A stretch of DNA of 64,000 nucleotides, taken from IMG/VR virus record IMGVR_UViG_3300042975_000096; one strand, given 5' to 3'. The translations under genes and the position numbers were made by a program. Below the pieces are notes generated by a model, which made no database searches, was not told the DNA's origin, and saw only the letters and a list, made by a program, of their open reading frames with translations. This document shows, piece by piece, positions 29,169 to 39,018 of the stretch. Position 1 is the stretch's first letter. Each line of letters opens with the position of its first letter. This DNA comes from a virus (taxonomy: Duplodnaviria > Caudoviricetes).

Positions 29169-29182
29169 CTAATAATAAAATA
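29169..29182 (-). promoter_or_regulatory. Candidate phage late promoter TATT-N7-TAG (upstream of chaperone-TMP1-TMP2)
   Basis: TATTTTATTATTAG, just downstream of the tube terminator. Confidence 0.5.
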
Positions 29183-29209
29183 AAATGTCTGTTACGTTTC
29201 ATTACCAAT

Positions 29210-29243
29210 AAAAAAAAGAGATACAATTAAGTATCTCTTTTTA
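29210..29243 (-). terminator. Intrinsic terminator after tail tube genes
   Basis: AAAAAGAGATAC/GTATCTCTTTTT stem flanked by A/T runs. Confidence 0.8.
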
Positions 29244-29245
29244 TA

Positions 29246-29917
29246 TCAATAAACGTCAGCATAAGAAATCGTTGCTTGCTCTGCCACCGTAATATTCTGT
29301 ACGGAATACGTTTTAGAATAACTCTGAATCCAACAATCAATATAAGTTTCTACATAATATACATCATCAGAACCTTCACGTCTTGTTTTCACCTGAATTT
29401 CCAAAGGAACTTTTTGGTCTTTCAAAGTCTTAAACGTTAATCTCGTTTTTGTTTTATAACCATCAGCTTCACTTTTAACCGTTGGCGCATCCCATGTATT
29501 TGATGTACCATCTTTTGAATCATAAACCTTTGAACCAACCTCATTGAATGGAACACCATTAGTAGTTAAACCCAATGCATTCCAAATTGAAGATTCATAC
29601 AAAGCAATACGATTAACTGAAATTGTACCACCATTAGTATTGTTAGGAACTGCTTGCACAACACCTTCCCAACCAATAGCTTGCAACTTGTTAATGTTTC
29701 TTGATTCTGAAACGTTAAAAGATTGAATCATTCCTACAATACATCCATTTGCATAAATAAATATGTTAGTGGATGTCATTGCCCCTGCATTATCATATGA
29801 GGACAATGGTTTCATAGTGTTATTTGCTACACGAATATCATTTCTCGTAGCTCTATGAGTGTTTGTAGAAGTGTTTTGACCAAAGTTATTAAAGTGTCTA
29901 GTTGAATCATAAGCCAT
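29246..29917 (-). CDS. Tail tube protein, paralog B
   Basis: Follows the sheath; beta-rich; IVGMIQSFNVSESR..IG.EG..VP..GGTIS..R, ETYIDCWIQSYSK, ITVAEQATISYADV. Confidence 0.8.
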   Translation of the reverse strand: MAYDSTRHFNNFGQNTSTNTHRATRNDIRVANNTMKPLSSYDNAGAMTSTNIFIYANGCIVGMIQSFNVSESRNINKLQAIGWEGVVQAVPNNTNGGTISVNRIALYESSIWNALGLTTNGVPFNEVGSKVYDSKDGTSNTWDAPTVKSEADGYKTKTRLTFKTLKDQKVPLEIQVKTRREGSDDVYYVETYIDCWIQSYSKTYSVQNITVAEQATISYADVY

Positions 29918-29933
29918 TATCTACTCACCCCCA

Positions 29934-30566
29934 TTAACCATTATTCGTAATAACACTACTATATACGTCAGAATACTGAATCGTAGCCTGTTCTGTTACA
30001 GTAATTGTTCCACTTGCAATTGCTTTAGAATATGTTTGTAACCAACAATCTGTATATGTTTCAACATTATACGTTGTGTTTTGGTCATCAGGCAATTTCG
30101 TTTTTACCTGCAACTCCAAAGGAACACGTTGTTCTTTCAAAGTCTTAAACGGATTTCCTAACGTATTTGTTGAACTACTATATGCCGTTGCTGAATTATA
30201 CACCTGACTATCCGTTGTTGCAAACTGACCAGTCGGTGTCAATCCTAATGCATTATATAAATTACCATTAAATATTGCAAAACGTGACAATGAAATCTGA
30301 CCACCACGAGTATTACCAGGAACAGATTGGACAACACCTTCTGTTCCCAGTTCCTGTATCTTAACAATATCTCTAGATTCAGATGGAGTAAAGGATTGTA
30401 CAAATCCAATTCTCATGTTATTTGAATATATTTCAATATTTGTACTAGTTACAGGTAGAGATGCGGAGTTATCCGCAATCTCTGGCATACCTGTGGCACG
30501 TTGAGTATTTAATGCTTTATTTGTACTTGAAGTATAAGCTGATTTTGTACCGCTTACTAATGCCAT
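29934..30566 (-). CDS. Tail tube protein, paralog A
   Basis: Immediately after the sheath; same motifs as paralog B (FKTLKEQRVPLELQVKT, ETYTDCWLQTYSK). Confidence 0.8.
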   Translation of the reverse strand: MALVSGTKSAYTSSTNKALNTQRATGMPEIADNSASLPVTSTNIEIYSNNMRIGFVQSFTPSESRDIVKIQELGTEGVVQSVPGNTRGGQISLSRFAIFNGNLYNALGLTPTGQFATTDSQVYNSATAYSSSTNTLGNPFKTLKEQRVPLELQVKTKLPDDQNTTYNVETYTDCWLQTYSKAIASGTITVTEQATIQYSDVYSSVITNNG

Positions 30567-30606
30567 TAAAAATCACCTGCCATTAAAATTTTATAATATT
30601 CTGAAA

Positions 30607-32745
30607 TTAAGCACTCATACCAAAGCTAATCGTAATATAGTTCAATGGAGAAACCGCTTCTATTTCAAAGTTAACAAGAACTTCGCGTGGGTCATCCGCA
30701 CTATCTTTTACCGTCGGGCCTGTATAGCTTAAGATTATTTCTTGTGAAACAAACTGACTTAAAATACTATTAACTGTGAATTTAATGTTTGTTTTAGCAG
30801 CAGGAAGATTCTTGATACCAACATACATTTCATCACATGATTTACGAACCTGTGCAATAACATAGTCTTTAATCTGTACGTATGTGATTTCTGTTGTGAT
30901 AATCTCATCATCTTTTGTGGTAATACCATGACGAACACGGATACCATTAGATTTTTCCTCAACAACACAGCAACCTGATTCAGCAAGTGCATTCTTTTCA
31001 ACTTCCGTATATGTATCCAACAATGAGTTAAATCCACATGCGATTTTTTTACGTGTTAATGGCTCTGCTGGGTCATGCGTAAATGCAACCGTAGCAACAC
31101 CCAATGCTAAATAGCAACCTGGCAATGTACGAGTATTAATTCTACCTGTTGACAAGTTTTTAACATCATAAGAAACACGACCAGGAGTTACATAAACAAC
31201 ACGTTCATCAGAATAAGCTTCTGCCTGTTGTTTCATACCCAAAGTCTTATCAGCAGCAGTTGCTGCTTTATTAATCTTCTGACCTGCATAAGAAGATAAG
31301 AATACCATACGCTCATGTCTTCCACTTTCAGCAGACATTGTATTAACATGAGATTGAGCATAAGAACCAACATTCGTTGAAGTTGTCAATGGAACAATCG
31401 CATTAACATTATCAACACCTGCAACATCCTTAGTCAATTTATCAATAGCAGCCTTCATTTCATAATCAGAATCATTTTTAGCCTGTACACATACGACTGG
31501 ATTTACTCCTGCCTTAAATGCAAGTTCTGCACCTAATGCCAATGAGTTTGTTACAATTGAAGAAGCCGTTACATCATAGTTACCATATTCTTGAACAACA
31601 TCGTCATAAGAATAGAAAACTTTTGGTTCATAATCTTCAATGGCTTTTTTGTATTTATAAGAAATATAATATACATTATTTTCCGCAATCGCTTCACCAA
31701 ATGTAGCAGCAGTTGTAACAATACGAACCGTATCACCTGTATTAACGACATCTTTATCAAAATCAGGAAGCAAGAATGTAATACCAGGAATAATATTCAA
31801 ATATTCTGATACTGCATCTACCTTTTTCGGGCCATAAATAACAGTGTTATCGGAAACTCTTGTTATCTGAACTTCTTTTGTTGCACTATCAACTACTTCC
31901 AAATCATACGTTCCACTAATAACCTCATCGGAATCAGTTACTAAGAAATATTTATAATCTTCAGCAGATTTTACTTCTTCCTTATTCACAGGAACGAATG
32001 ATTCTCTCAATTTCTGAGAATACCCCGGAACCGTTTCATCAAAAACAACTTGCGGTTCAATTTCCGTTTTTGCGGCAATTGTTGTAATAGTTACACTATC
32101 ACCAACTTTTGTAATTGATTCACCTGTAGTATCAGGAACAAACAAGTCCGTTATTTTCAATTTCAAACCAGGAACAGCAGTTGTATTAAAATCATTACTA
32201 ACGCCCCATTCACCAATAATCTTCTTAGAAGAATTATCAGTTACACGATAGCAACCACAATTAATATGTGCTGAATCGGAATGGTCAAAAGCGTCTTCCA
32301 AATATGTAATTTCTAACGTATAAGAACCATCTACAATTGCATATTCTTGATTATCATTAACAACGGCTTCAATCTGTTCTTTTAATTTCAAACTTCTTTC
32401 ATTTGCCTGTGCAGTAATTGCATATTCACCAGGTTGAATTGTGTTCCAAGCAATTTTATTACCCTCTTTAAGAGTAAAGGCTTTACCTTCTTCAAATTCT
32501 TTAGAACCTTTTACAATAGAACCATTGCTTAAAGCTTTATCTGTAACAGAAATAATTTCAAAAACATTTTTATATGCTAATGTGTCATATGATTGCGAAT
32601 CGCTTTTTTTAATTGCTTCATTATATACTTCAAAATAATTTGCACCCGTACCAATCAAACCTAGCGCACGTGTTGCGCCTACATTATTTACGGTGCTTGC
32701 TGATTTTACAAAACGAGCATAGGCACCAGGAACTCTATATGGCAT
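30607..32745 (-). CDS. Contractile tail sheath protein
   Basis: N-terminal VPGAY motif; C-terminal sheath core (EPLTRK, IRVRHGITT, DDPREVLVNFEIEAVSPLNYITI); 712 aa. Confidence 0.9.
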   Translation of the reverse strand: MPYRVPGAYARFVKSASTVNNVGATRALGLIGTGANYFEVYNEAIKKSDSQSYDTLAYKNVFEIISVTDKALSNGSIVKGSKEFEEGKAFTLKEGNKIAWNTIQPGEYAITAQANERSLKLKEQIEAVVNDNQEYAIVDGSYTLEITYLEDAFDHSDSAHINCGCYRVTDNSSKKIIGEWGVSNDFNTTAVPGLKLKITDLFVPDTTGESITKVGDSVTITTIAAKTEIEPQVVFDETVPGYSQKLRESFVPVNKEEVKSAEDYKYFLVTDSDEVISGTYDLEVVDSATKEVQITRVSDNTVIYGPKKVDAVSEYLNIIPGITFLLPDFDKDVVNTGDTVRIVTTAATFGEAIAENNVYYISYKYKKAIEDYEPKVFYSYDDVVQEYGNYDVTASSIVTNSLALGAELAFKAGVNPVVCVQAKNDSDYEMKAAIDKLTKDVAGVDNVNAIVPLTTSTNVGSYAQSHVNTMSAESGRHERMVFLSSYAGQKINKAATAADKTLGMKQQAEAYSDERVVYVTPGRVSYDVKNLSTGRINTRTLPGCYLALGVATVAFTHDPAEPLTRKKIACGFNSLLDTYTEVEKNALAESGCCVVEEKSNGIRVRHGITTKDDEIITTEITYVQIKDYVIAQVRKSCDEMYVGIKNLPAAKTNIKFTVNSILSQFVSQEIILSYTGPTVKDSADDPREVLVNFEIEAVSPLNYITISFGMSA

Positions 32746-32779
32746 ATATTTCTACCTCCATCCATTTTATTTTAAATGG

Positions 32780-33433
32780 CTACTTATTTTCACCATTTTT
32801 TTCATTATTTTTTTCATCCCTAGTAACATGATTATGTTCTATCCACTTATCATCAACTTTTAAATTCATGTCAACATTAACATTAAATTCATTCGGGTCA
32901 AGCAAGTCAACATCTTCAATCCATGTAGACCAGGTATTTATTCTTAACTGCGAAACATAAATTTTATCACTATTGTAATCTATTGTTGTTTCTCCAGCAT
33001 AAGACAAATCTTTAACTATTACCCCCTGGTTTTGAATATAACGCCTTAATGAAAATCTCAACGCTTTCGCAACCAAATCAGTAAAAACCTCTCTATCCAA
33101 CGGATTTCTACAACCAATATCTATCGTTAATGCGAATTCATAAATTCCCTGATAACGATACGCAATTATTGCACCTGTGCGTGGGTCTTTTATCTCCGTA
33201 CACATATCACCTAATCCACTAGTTACCATGTTGCCCGTTGATGCACTTATAATAACTGTTGGGAATGCTCTTAATTGCTCTGGTTCAGAATCATAAAAAG
33301 AAGCCTCTGTAAAATGAGCATCACTTATTTGACTAGGTAATTTATTCATATAATTTTTTGGATTATTAAAATATAATCTCAAAAATTGTATGAATACATC
33401 TTTGGTGTGCTTAATCGCATTTTCCATTAACAT
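32780..33433 (-). CDS. Tail terminator / tail completion protein (gp15-like by position)
   Basis: Immediately upstream of the sheath; FPTVIIS and LTIDIGC..DRE..DLV pattern typical of tail terminators. Confidence 0.6.
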   Translation of the reverse strand: MLMENAIKHTKDVFIQFLRLYFNNPKNYMNKLPSQISDAHFTEASFYDSEPEQLRAFPTVIISASTGNMVTSGLGDMCTEIKDPRTGAIIAYRYQGIYEFALTIDIGCRNPLDREVFTDLVAKALRFSLRRYIQNQGVIVKDLSYAGETTIDYNSDKIYVSQLRINTWSTWIEDVDLLDPNEFNVNVDMNLKVDDKWIEHNHVTRDEKNNEKNGENK

Positions 33434-33460
33434 TTACACACACCTCTTTTTTATTTGGTT

Positions 33461-33474
33461 CTATTAAAGAAATA
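33461..33474 (-). promoter_or_regulatory. Candidate phage late promoter TATT-N7-TAG (upstream of tail terminator-sheath-tube operon)
   Basis: TATTTCTTTAATAG; the same fixed-spacing motif occurs in about 10 intergenic regions of the window. Confidence 0.5.
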
Positions 33475-33581
33475 TTTTTATTTATTTTTATTATTTATAC
33501 ACACTATTGCATATAAAATATGCTAGTTATCCTAACACGATTTTATAAATTTTAATTACGCATTGTTATTTTTTAATACCA

Positions 33582-33920
33582 TCAATTAACCGAATAATTA
33601 TTGTTATCTACCACAAAATCAATATATTCGTTTAAATCATTTAATAAATTTTCATCGGTGGCATCTTCTTCTTTTGCATCTTTATTAACATAAAAATATT
33701 CTTTCCTTACTGAATTTTTAAATGCGTTATCAGAATTAAACCTTTCCTTACCAATAGTCTTTAATTGTTTTTTCAACAATTCTTTTCCTGTTTCCGAAGA
33801 AAAATATGCTGATGGAACATCTTTAGCAGTAAAATCAATCCAATCTGCACTAAATTCAAATTTAACATTACTTACCTTAATTTCATTACTTTCTGCTACT
33901 CTAATTAATCTTTTTTTCAT
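33582..33920 (-). CDS. Hypothetical protein with MKKRLIRVA leader
   Basis: ORF with AAGGAAG RBS. Confidence 0.6.
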   Translation of the reverse strand: MKKRLIRVAESNEIKVSNVKFEFSADWIDFTAKDVPSAYFSSETGKELLKKQLKTIGKERFNSDNAFKNSVRKEYFYVNKDAKEEDATDENLLNDLNEYIDFVVDNNNYSVN

Positions 33921-33942
33921 TTTTAATTCTTCCTTTACTTTT

Positions 33943-34776
33943 TTACAAATTTGGATACAAAGTTGTTCGCTTCATATTATAAATAGGGTCTTTCATATCA
34001 AATGCCTTTAGTTTTAATTCCTGATGAAATAAATATCCTCCAGCTTGATTTATCATAGATGCAGTCACTTGATATATTGTTCCTGTTGGACTAATCAATA
34101 TATCTCTGTTCATAATCTTAGTGTTTGAAATCGTCCACGCTCCCGGTGAATTGTCTTGAACCAACATTTGGGTACTTATACCCATTGACGTTTCAACAGG
34201 CTTCAACCGGACGTAGAGCTGGAATGCAGGGTCATATCCACCAACATATCCTGTTCCATAACAAACAGGACAATCTTGCGTTCCTGCACGACCGCGAATT
34301 TCATCATAACATTGCGTACAATGTTCACCATCATTCTTCCTAGTGTATAAATCAAATAACATTCCTGTATTTTTCAAAATCCATAAACTACGTTCATTCA
34401 TTTTGAAAAACCATCTATCTGTATTATGTACCTGAAAACATGTTGGTCTTGATAATGCACCCTCAATAAAATCACCATCTGATTCATATACGGCAGACAC
34501 TTTATACCAATTAGCAACATTTGGATTTCTACTAATATCAAAATCTTCAAATCTATTTGTCACTAATGGTTTAGCATTAACCTGATAAAAAATACCATTT
34601 TGAGATATTCCTTTATATAAATTATAATAAATGTTTTTTATTTCTTTGTTTAATACATGCTTATCTGGATTCCTTACTTCATCCCATGTCACAACAATAT
34701 GTGAATTATCTCTTGGATACGAAATTATGACATTTTGTGGTGGTAACAAATTCTTTTTAAATACCTGTATATTCAA
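33943..34776 (-). CDS. Neck / head-closure protein with FN3-like N-terminus and CxxC...CxxCxGxG zinc finger
   Basis: PPQNV..VTWD..Y.LY..WYKVSAV (FN3-like); CTQC..DCPVCYGTGY; position upstream of tail terminator. Confidence 0.55.
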   Translation of the reverse strand: MNIQVFKKNLLPPQNVIISYPRDNSHIVVTWDEVRNPDKHVLNKEIKNIYYNLYKGISQNGIFYQVNAKPLVTNRFEDFDISRNPNVANWYKVSAVYESDGDFIEGALSRPTCFQVHNTDRWFFKMNERSLWILKNTGMLFDLYTRKNDGEHCTQCYDEIRGRAGTQDCPVCYGTGYVGGYDPAFQLYVRLKPVETSMGISTQMLVQDNSPGAWTISNTKIMNRDILISPTGTIYQVTASMINQAGGYLFHQELKLKAFDMKDPIYNMKRTTLYPNL

Positions 34777-34787
34777 AAATAATCACC

Positions 34788-35564
34788 TCATAACTTAATC
34801 ATAACATTCTTATTAAACAATATTGAACTGCCATTCAACTGTTCACTAAAACCATGTAAATCATCCAAACATATTTTTGTTGACTTTACAGGAGATTGTT
34901 TTGACCGTATTTTTATTTCATAATTACCATTTTTTAATGCAAATTTATATTTACCATCTTCATCTGTTTTTACATATGTTTTTAATTCTCCATCTTGTAA
35001 AACAATTATTTCTGCATTTTTTATTGGCGTATGTTTATTATCAATCAATTGTCCATAAATGTTTTTATAATCAGTACCGCAAAAAGAAACAGTATCTTTA
35101 TATTTTCTATAAATTAGACCCTCAATTAATAAATAATATTGGAATTTCAATCCATTACCAATATATTGATTTCTTTTGATTATTTTTTTGTTATTTATAT
35201 AAATTTCAATATTATAAATTCCAGGTTCAATATATGCTATATATCTACCACCATTATCTGTATAACAAACTTCTGAAACAACATCTCCAAATGTACTTGT
35301 TTTTTCATTATTTTTTATAAATACAATCTTTGCATTTGTATAAGTTTTATCGTTATCCTGTAATTTTCCCACAATTGGTTTAACCTTATATCTTTTCATA
35401 TCTAATAAAGACGGGTTTTTAATCACATTGTTATTTGTATATAAATTTGAAATAAATGTTTCTTCTGTTACTACTTCAAAAAAGCATTTATTAACGTGTG
35501 AAGATTGCCTACCAATTGCATCAAAATAACATTCAAAAGTTATAGATTTATCTTGTTTCAACAT
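34788..35564 (-). CDS. Ig-like / carboxypeptidase-regulatory-like repeat protein (probable virion)
   Basis: Two repeats of G.L.D...NA.I..TD..G.Y....PG/NG.Y.I. Confidence 0.6.
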   Translation of the reverse strand: MLKQDKSITFECYFDAIGRQSSHVNKCFFEVVTEETFISNLYTNNNVIKNPSLLDMKRYKVKPIVGKLQDNDKTYTNAKIVFIKNNEKTSTFGDVVSEVCYTDNGGRYIAYIEPGIYNIEIYINNKKIIKRNQYIGNGLKFQYYLLIEGLIYRKYKDTVSFCGTDYKNIYGQLIDNKHTPIKNAEIIVLQDGELKTYVKTDEDGKYKFALKNGNYEIKIRSKQSPVKSTKICLDDLHGFSEQLNGSSILFNKNVMIKL

Positions 35565-35567
35565 TCC

Positions 35568-35966
35568 TCACCCCAAATTAATTAACTTATGTTCAATTAA
35601 TTTATCTTCTTGAAATTTCTCTGCCTTAAATTTTATAGCATTATCATCAATAATCATTGTATATTTATATCTATAGTTATCATCAATTGTATTAATTCCA
35701 ACATTATAAATAATAAATTGACTATTATTAAACAAACTATATTTTTGTGTTTTAAATTGAAAAAAACTAGTTATTTTTTGTTTTAACTTAAAATCAAAAA
35801 CTTTATTATTAATAAAAAAATTAAGGTTATCCTTAACACCACAAAAAACATTTCCATCTGTAAAATAACAAATCTTTATATCTCGCGTATCTTCTAAAAA
35901 AGAATTGTCATATTCAGAAATTAAAATATCATTTTTTGTTAATATTTCCCAATGCATTTTACTCAT
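35568..35966 (-). CDS. Hypothetical protein
   Basis: ORF overlapping upstream gene stop. Confidence 0.55.
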   Translation of the reverse strand: MSKMHWEILTKNDILISEYDNSFLEDTRDIKICYFTDGNVFCGVKDNLNFFINNKVFDFKLKQKITSFFQFKTQKYSLFNNSQFIIYNVGINTIDDNYRYKYTMIIDDNAIKFKAEKFQEDKLIEHKLINLG

Positions 35967-36474
35967 AGTTGTATAAAAAATTCAAATTAAAGCTATATTG
36001 ACTTTGCTTTATTAATGAATTTTCCCTTAATTTAATTTTTGTCTGAATTGTAGCATGGTCAGATACGCCTAATATTGTTCCATACTCATCACTTGCATTT
36101 CCCTGAATATCCTTAAAATTTTTATTACTCATGCTTATGTCTTTGAATTTAGATTTTACGTCTAATGTTGTGCATCTAGCATATAAGAACGGGGATAAAT
36201 TTCTTGATTCAGGAGGAATCTCTATCTCCAAACTACAGTTTGTAGCATTTTGTGCAATGGTTTGTGGCGTTCCACCATCCCATGCAGGTTCGTTATTCCA
36301 AATATCGAATTCAACTATATATTCCGATTCTCCACCTTTTAATCCATTGCAACGACCATAATATATTTTTTTATTCATTGATGTACTAGCCCATCCTAAT
36401 AATTGATGTCCATCAACATTATCCAACAGCCTAGTATAATATGTCATACGAGGATATACCAAATCAATCACCAC
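35959..36474 (-). CDS. Hypothetical beta-rich protein (possible virion)
   Basis: ORF; ends in aromatic beta strand FNLNFLYNYE. Confidence 0.55.
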   Translation of the reverse strand: MVIDLVYPRMTYYTRLLDNVDGHQLLGWASTSMNKKIYYGRCNGLKGGESEYIVEFDIWNNEPAWDGGTPQTIAQNATNCSLEIEIPPESRNLSPFLYARCTTLDVKSKFKDISMSNKNFKDIQGNASDEYGTILGVSDHATIQTKIKLRENSLIKQSQYSFNLNFLYNYE

Positions 36475-36510
36475 ACTTCACTTAATTATGTATTTTCATA
36501 ATTTAAATAG

Positions 36511-36549
36511 AAAAAGAGCGATTAATAATATCTATATTAATCGCTCTTT
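36511..36549 (-). terminator. Intrinsic terminator
   Basis: AAAGAGCGATTAATA/TATTAATCGCTCTTT stem with T run. Confidence 0.75.
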
Positions 36550-36592
36550 CATTTTTCTCTCTATAAATTAATACATGTTTTTCCAATGTGTA

Positions 36593-36844
36593 TTAAAACA
36601 CCACATATGTTTCATCATTAAAAATCTTATATGCCGTTCCGCAATTTTTACAAATCTTGTAACCTTCTTGGTCTTCTAATGGTGAATATTCACATTTTGG
36701 ACAAGTTCCCGTTCGAACTTCAGCAGAATCTAAAGATTTTAATTTCTCCATATTTTCTCCGTCTTGTGGAGTTACCTCAATCTTTATATCTTCCAATTCA
36801 CCATTAGTAATTGCTTTAATTAATCTTTTTTTCATAGAAATCAC
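36593..36844 (-). CDS. Small zinc-ribbon protein with MKKRLIKA leader
   Basis: CPKC-x13-CKNCG; probable start at the second Met (MKKRLIKA). Confidence 0.65.
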   Translation of the reverse strand: MISMKKRLIKAITNGELEDIKIEVTPQDGENMEKLKSLDSAEVRTGTCPKCEYSPLEDQEGYKICKNCGTAYKIFNDETYVVF

Positions 36845-37188
36845 TCATTAACTAATTGAGCCAACTCGCCTACAAAATTATCATCATCATACAAATTATC
36901 ACATGCATATTCCATATCCGCTGCATCATAGTCACTCAAATCAGGTAACTCATTTGCCAATGCTTCAATAACATCTGTCATAAAGTCATCATCCTCGGAC
37001 ATTGTTTCTGCAACCTCATCATTAGAAACCTGAGTTTCAAACAAATCAGGATATTTATCAACAAAATCGTCCAACAAATTCAACATTTTCGGACTCGGAT
37101 TTTTTGCTAATCCTTTTAATTTCTTACTAAGTCCATGGTCATCATGATGCATATTAAAGCCACCAGATGCAATACTCTTTTTACTCAT
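36841..37188 (-). CDS. Acidic hypothetical protein
   Basis: ORF with AAGGAAG RBS. Confidence 0.6.
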   Translation of the reverse strand: MSKKSIASGGFNMHHDDHGLSKKLKGLAKNPSPKMLNLLDDFVDKYPDLFETQVSNDEVAETMSEDDDFMTDVIEALANELPDLSDYDAADMEYACDNLYDDDNFVGELAQLVNE

Positions 37189-37264
37189 ATATATCTACTT
37201 CCTTTTGAATTATTAATCATTTTTTACTATTAATAAAATAGCTCAATTTAGTCAATCTATTACG

Positions 37265-38380
37265 TTAAATATCAATTATTTGCTCACTTGTTTTAAAACC
37301 ATTACTATTAATAACAAATTTATATTTCCCTTTATTTAAATTTAATTTAAAACTTCCATCAACATCCGTAATATCTTCGCAAACATATTCGTAAATGTCT
37401 TTTTCTATATTATATACACTTGCTATAATTGAAGCACCCTCAATTCCATTTCCATGGGCATCTAATATATAATCAACGACTTCATTTTCTCCATTACCAT
37501 TATAAACGGTTTTCGTTTTTGTTTTTGTATCTTTAGAAACAATTTCCTCTATGGTTTTTTCCCCACTATTATAAACATTTAATTTAAACTTTTTCAATAT
37601 TCCTGTCGGAGTTTTTATTTTCATAACATAGTTTCCTTCATCTAAAAAAACTTTCCATTTCCCATGATTATCTGTTTTTGTTTCAATCAATGCAGTTTCA
37701 ATATCATCAATATTAAATATTGATATTTCAACATCAGGTATTCCCATATCATTTTTAGAAGTAAATTCATCTTCTATTTTAAACAATCCATTGCCTAACG
37801 CTTTATCAGAAATTTTTTCCAATCCAATATTATTAAATTGAATTTCTTCATTTTCATCACCTATTTGTGCGCGAACAGACCTTGATTCGTATCCGTTCAT
37901 AGAAAATACAAATTCATAATCTCCTGGATATAATTTACTCTCCCATTTTCCGTCTTCATCTGTCAAAGTTGAAAATACAACATTGTTTGATTCCAATTCA
38001 ACAACTTTTACAGTTAAACCTTTTAACAATCTATTATTATTTATATCATTCACATATCCATATAAATATATGGAATTTATATCTTCAATATTTTTTACAA
38101 CTATATTAAATTTATCTAGAACATTTAATGTCTCTCCATTAAACATTCCTCTATACACAACAACATATTGCCCATAATTATCACAAATATTTGTATCAAA
38201 GGTGTATGAATATCCCTCATCTAATGCATTCATAGATTTCCATGGTAAATCTTCGTACACAACCTCATCTGCTTCATGTAAAACTCTAACTTTAGGATTA
38301 TCAACCTTAATAATTTTATTTTCCACTCTAAATTCACAATACAATAACGCTTTATCGCCCTTGAAATAATCCATAACCAT
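37265..38380 (-). CDS. Ig-like / carboxypeptidase-regulatory-like repeat protein (probable virion)
   Basis: Three repeats TDEDGKW..LYPGDY, TDNHGKW..LDEGNY, TDVDGSF..LNKGKY. Confidence 0.65.
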   Translation of the reverse strand: MVMDYFKGDKALLYCEFRVENKIIKVDNPKVRVLHEADEVVYEDLPWKSMNALDEGYSYTFDTNICDNYGQYVVVYRGMFNGETLNVLDKFNIVVKNIEDINSIYLYGYVNDINNNRLLKGLTVKVVELESNNVVFSTLTDEDGKWESKLYPGDYEFVFSMNGYESRSVRAQIGDENEEIQFNNIGLEKISDKALGNGLFKIEDEFTSKNDMGIPDVEISIFNIDDIETALIETKTDNHGKWKVFLDEGNYVMKIKTPTGILKKFKLNVYNSGEKTIEEIVSKDTKTKTKTVYNGNGENEVVDYILDAHGNGIEGASIIASVYNIEKDIYEYVCEDITDVDGSFKLNLNKGKYKFVINSNGFKTSEQIIDI

Positions 38381-38418
38381 CCCTCCATCATTTTACAAAA
38401 ACAAAATAGCATTTACGC

Positions 38419-38460
38419 AAAAAAAAATAAGACTCGCTTAACCAAACGAGTCTTATTTTT
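38419..38460 (-). terminator. Intrinsic terminator
   Basis: AAAAATAAGACTCG/CGAGTCTTATTTTT stem with long T run. Confidence 0.8.
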
Positions 38461-38467
38461 AACAAAA

Positions 38468-38989
38468 TTAGAATTTGAAATTCAATCCCGTATTCTTCAT
38501 TTTGCTCTCAACATGCTTACGCATAACATGAGCTGTTGAAATTCTATTATGCGGAAAATGCTTTTTAGCAAGATTTTTAATTGCTTTATCGCAAGCTTCC
38601 AATGTATCTTCTGTTTCAGCAACAACTGTTTCTGCAATTTTCTTAATTGCTTCATCGCACTCATCAGAAGTAATATCACTCTTTGCCGTTTTCTTGATTG
38701 CTTCTTTCGTTACAGATTTATCAAACGTGCAAGAAACGCCCTCACTAATAAGTTGTTTCTGTAGCTTGGTCAAAGAAGCACTTACATAACGTGCCGGGAA
38801 ATACTTCTTAACCAATTCCTCTGCATCAAACAAAATCTTTTCCATACGCATATCTAATTTTTTAGCCAAACGCTGTGCAAGAACATTACTCTGTTTTGCA
38901 ATCACTTCACGAGAAGCCTTAACTTCCTTCTTCGCTACTCTTTCAGCGTGTTTCTTAGCAATAACATTTTTAAGCTTATCTTTCGTCAT
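38468..38989 (-). CDS. Basic helical protein with internal duplication (probable head/internal protein)
   Basis: Two KK(Y/H)FP..(V/I)S repeats; AAGGTGG RBS. Confidence 0.55.
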   Translation of the reverse strand: MTKDKLKNVIAKKHAERVAKKEVKASREVIAKQSNVLAQRLAKKLDMRMEKILFDAEELVKKYFPARYVSASLTKLQKQLISEGVSCTFDKSVTKEAIKKTAKSDITSDECDEAIKKIAETVVAETEDTLEACDKAIKNLAKKHFPHNRISTAHVMRKHVESKMKNTGLNFKF

Positions 38990-39018
38990 TATTCAAAAAC
39001 CACCTTATTTTAATTTGA

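Noticed and set aside
1-33433. Interpretation as a bacterial eCIS/tailocin (two tube genes, LysM, spike)
   Set aside because: Neck-like gene, probable head proteins, orphan MTases, very long TMPs and phage-style gene density with no housekeeping genes favour a large phage. Capsid and terminase are outside the window, so this is not formally excluded.
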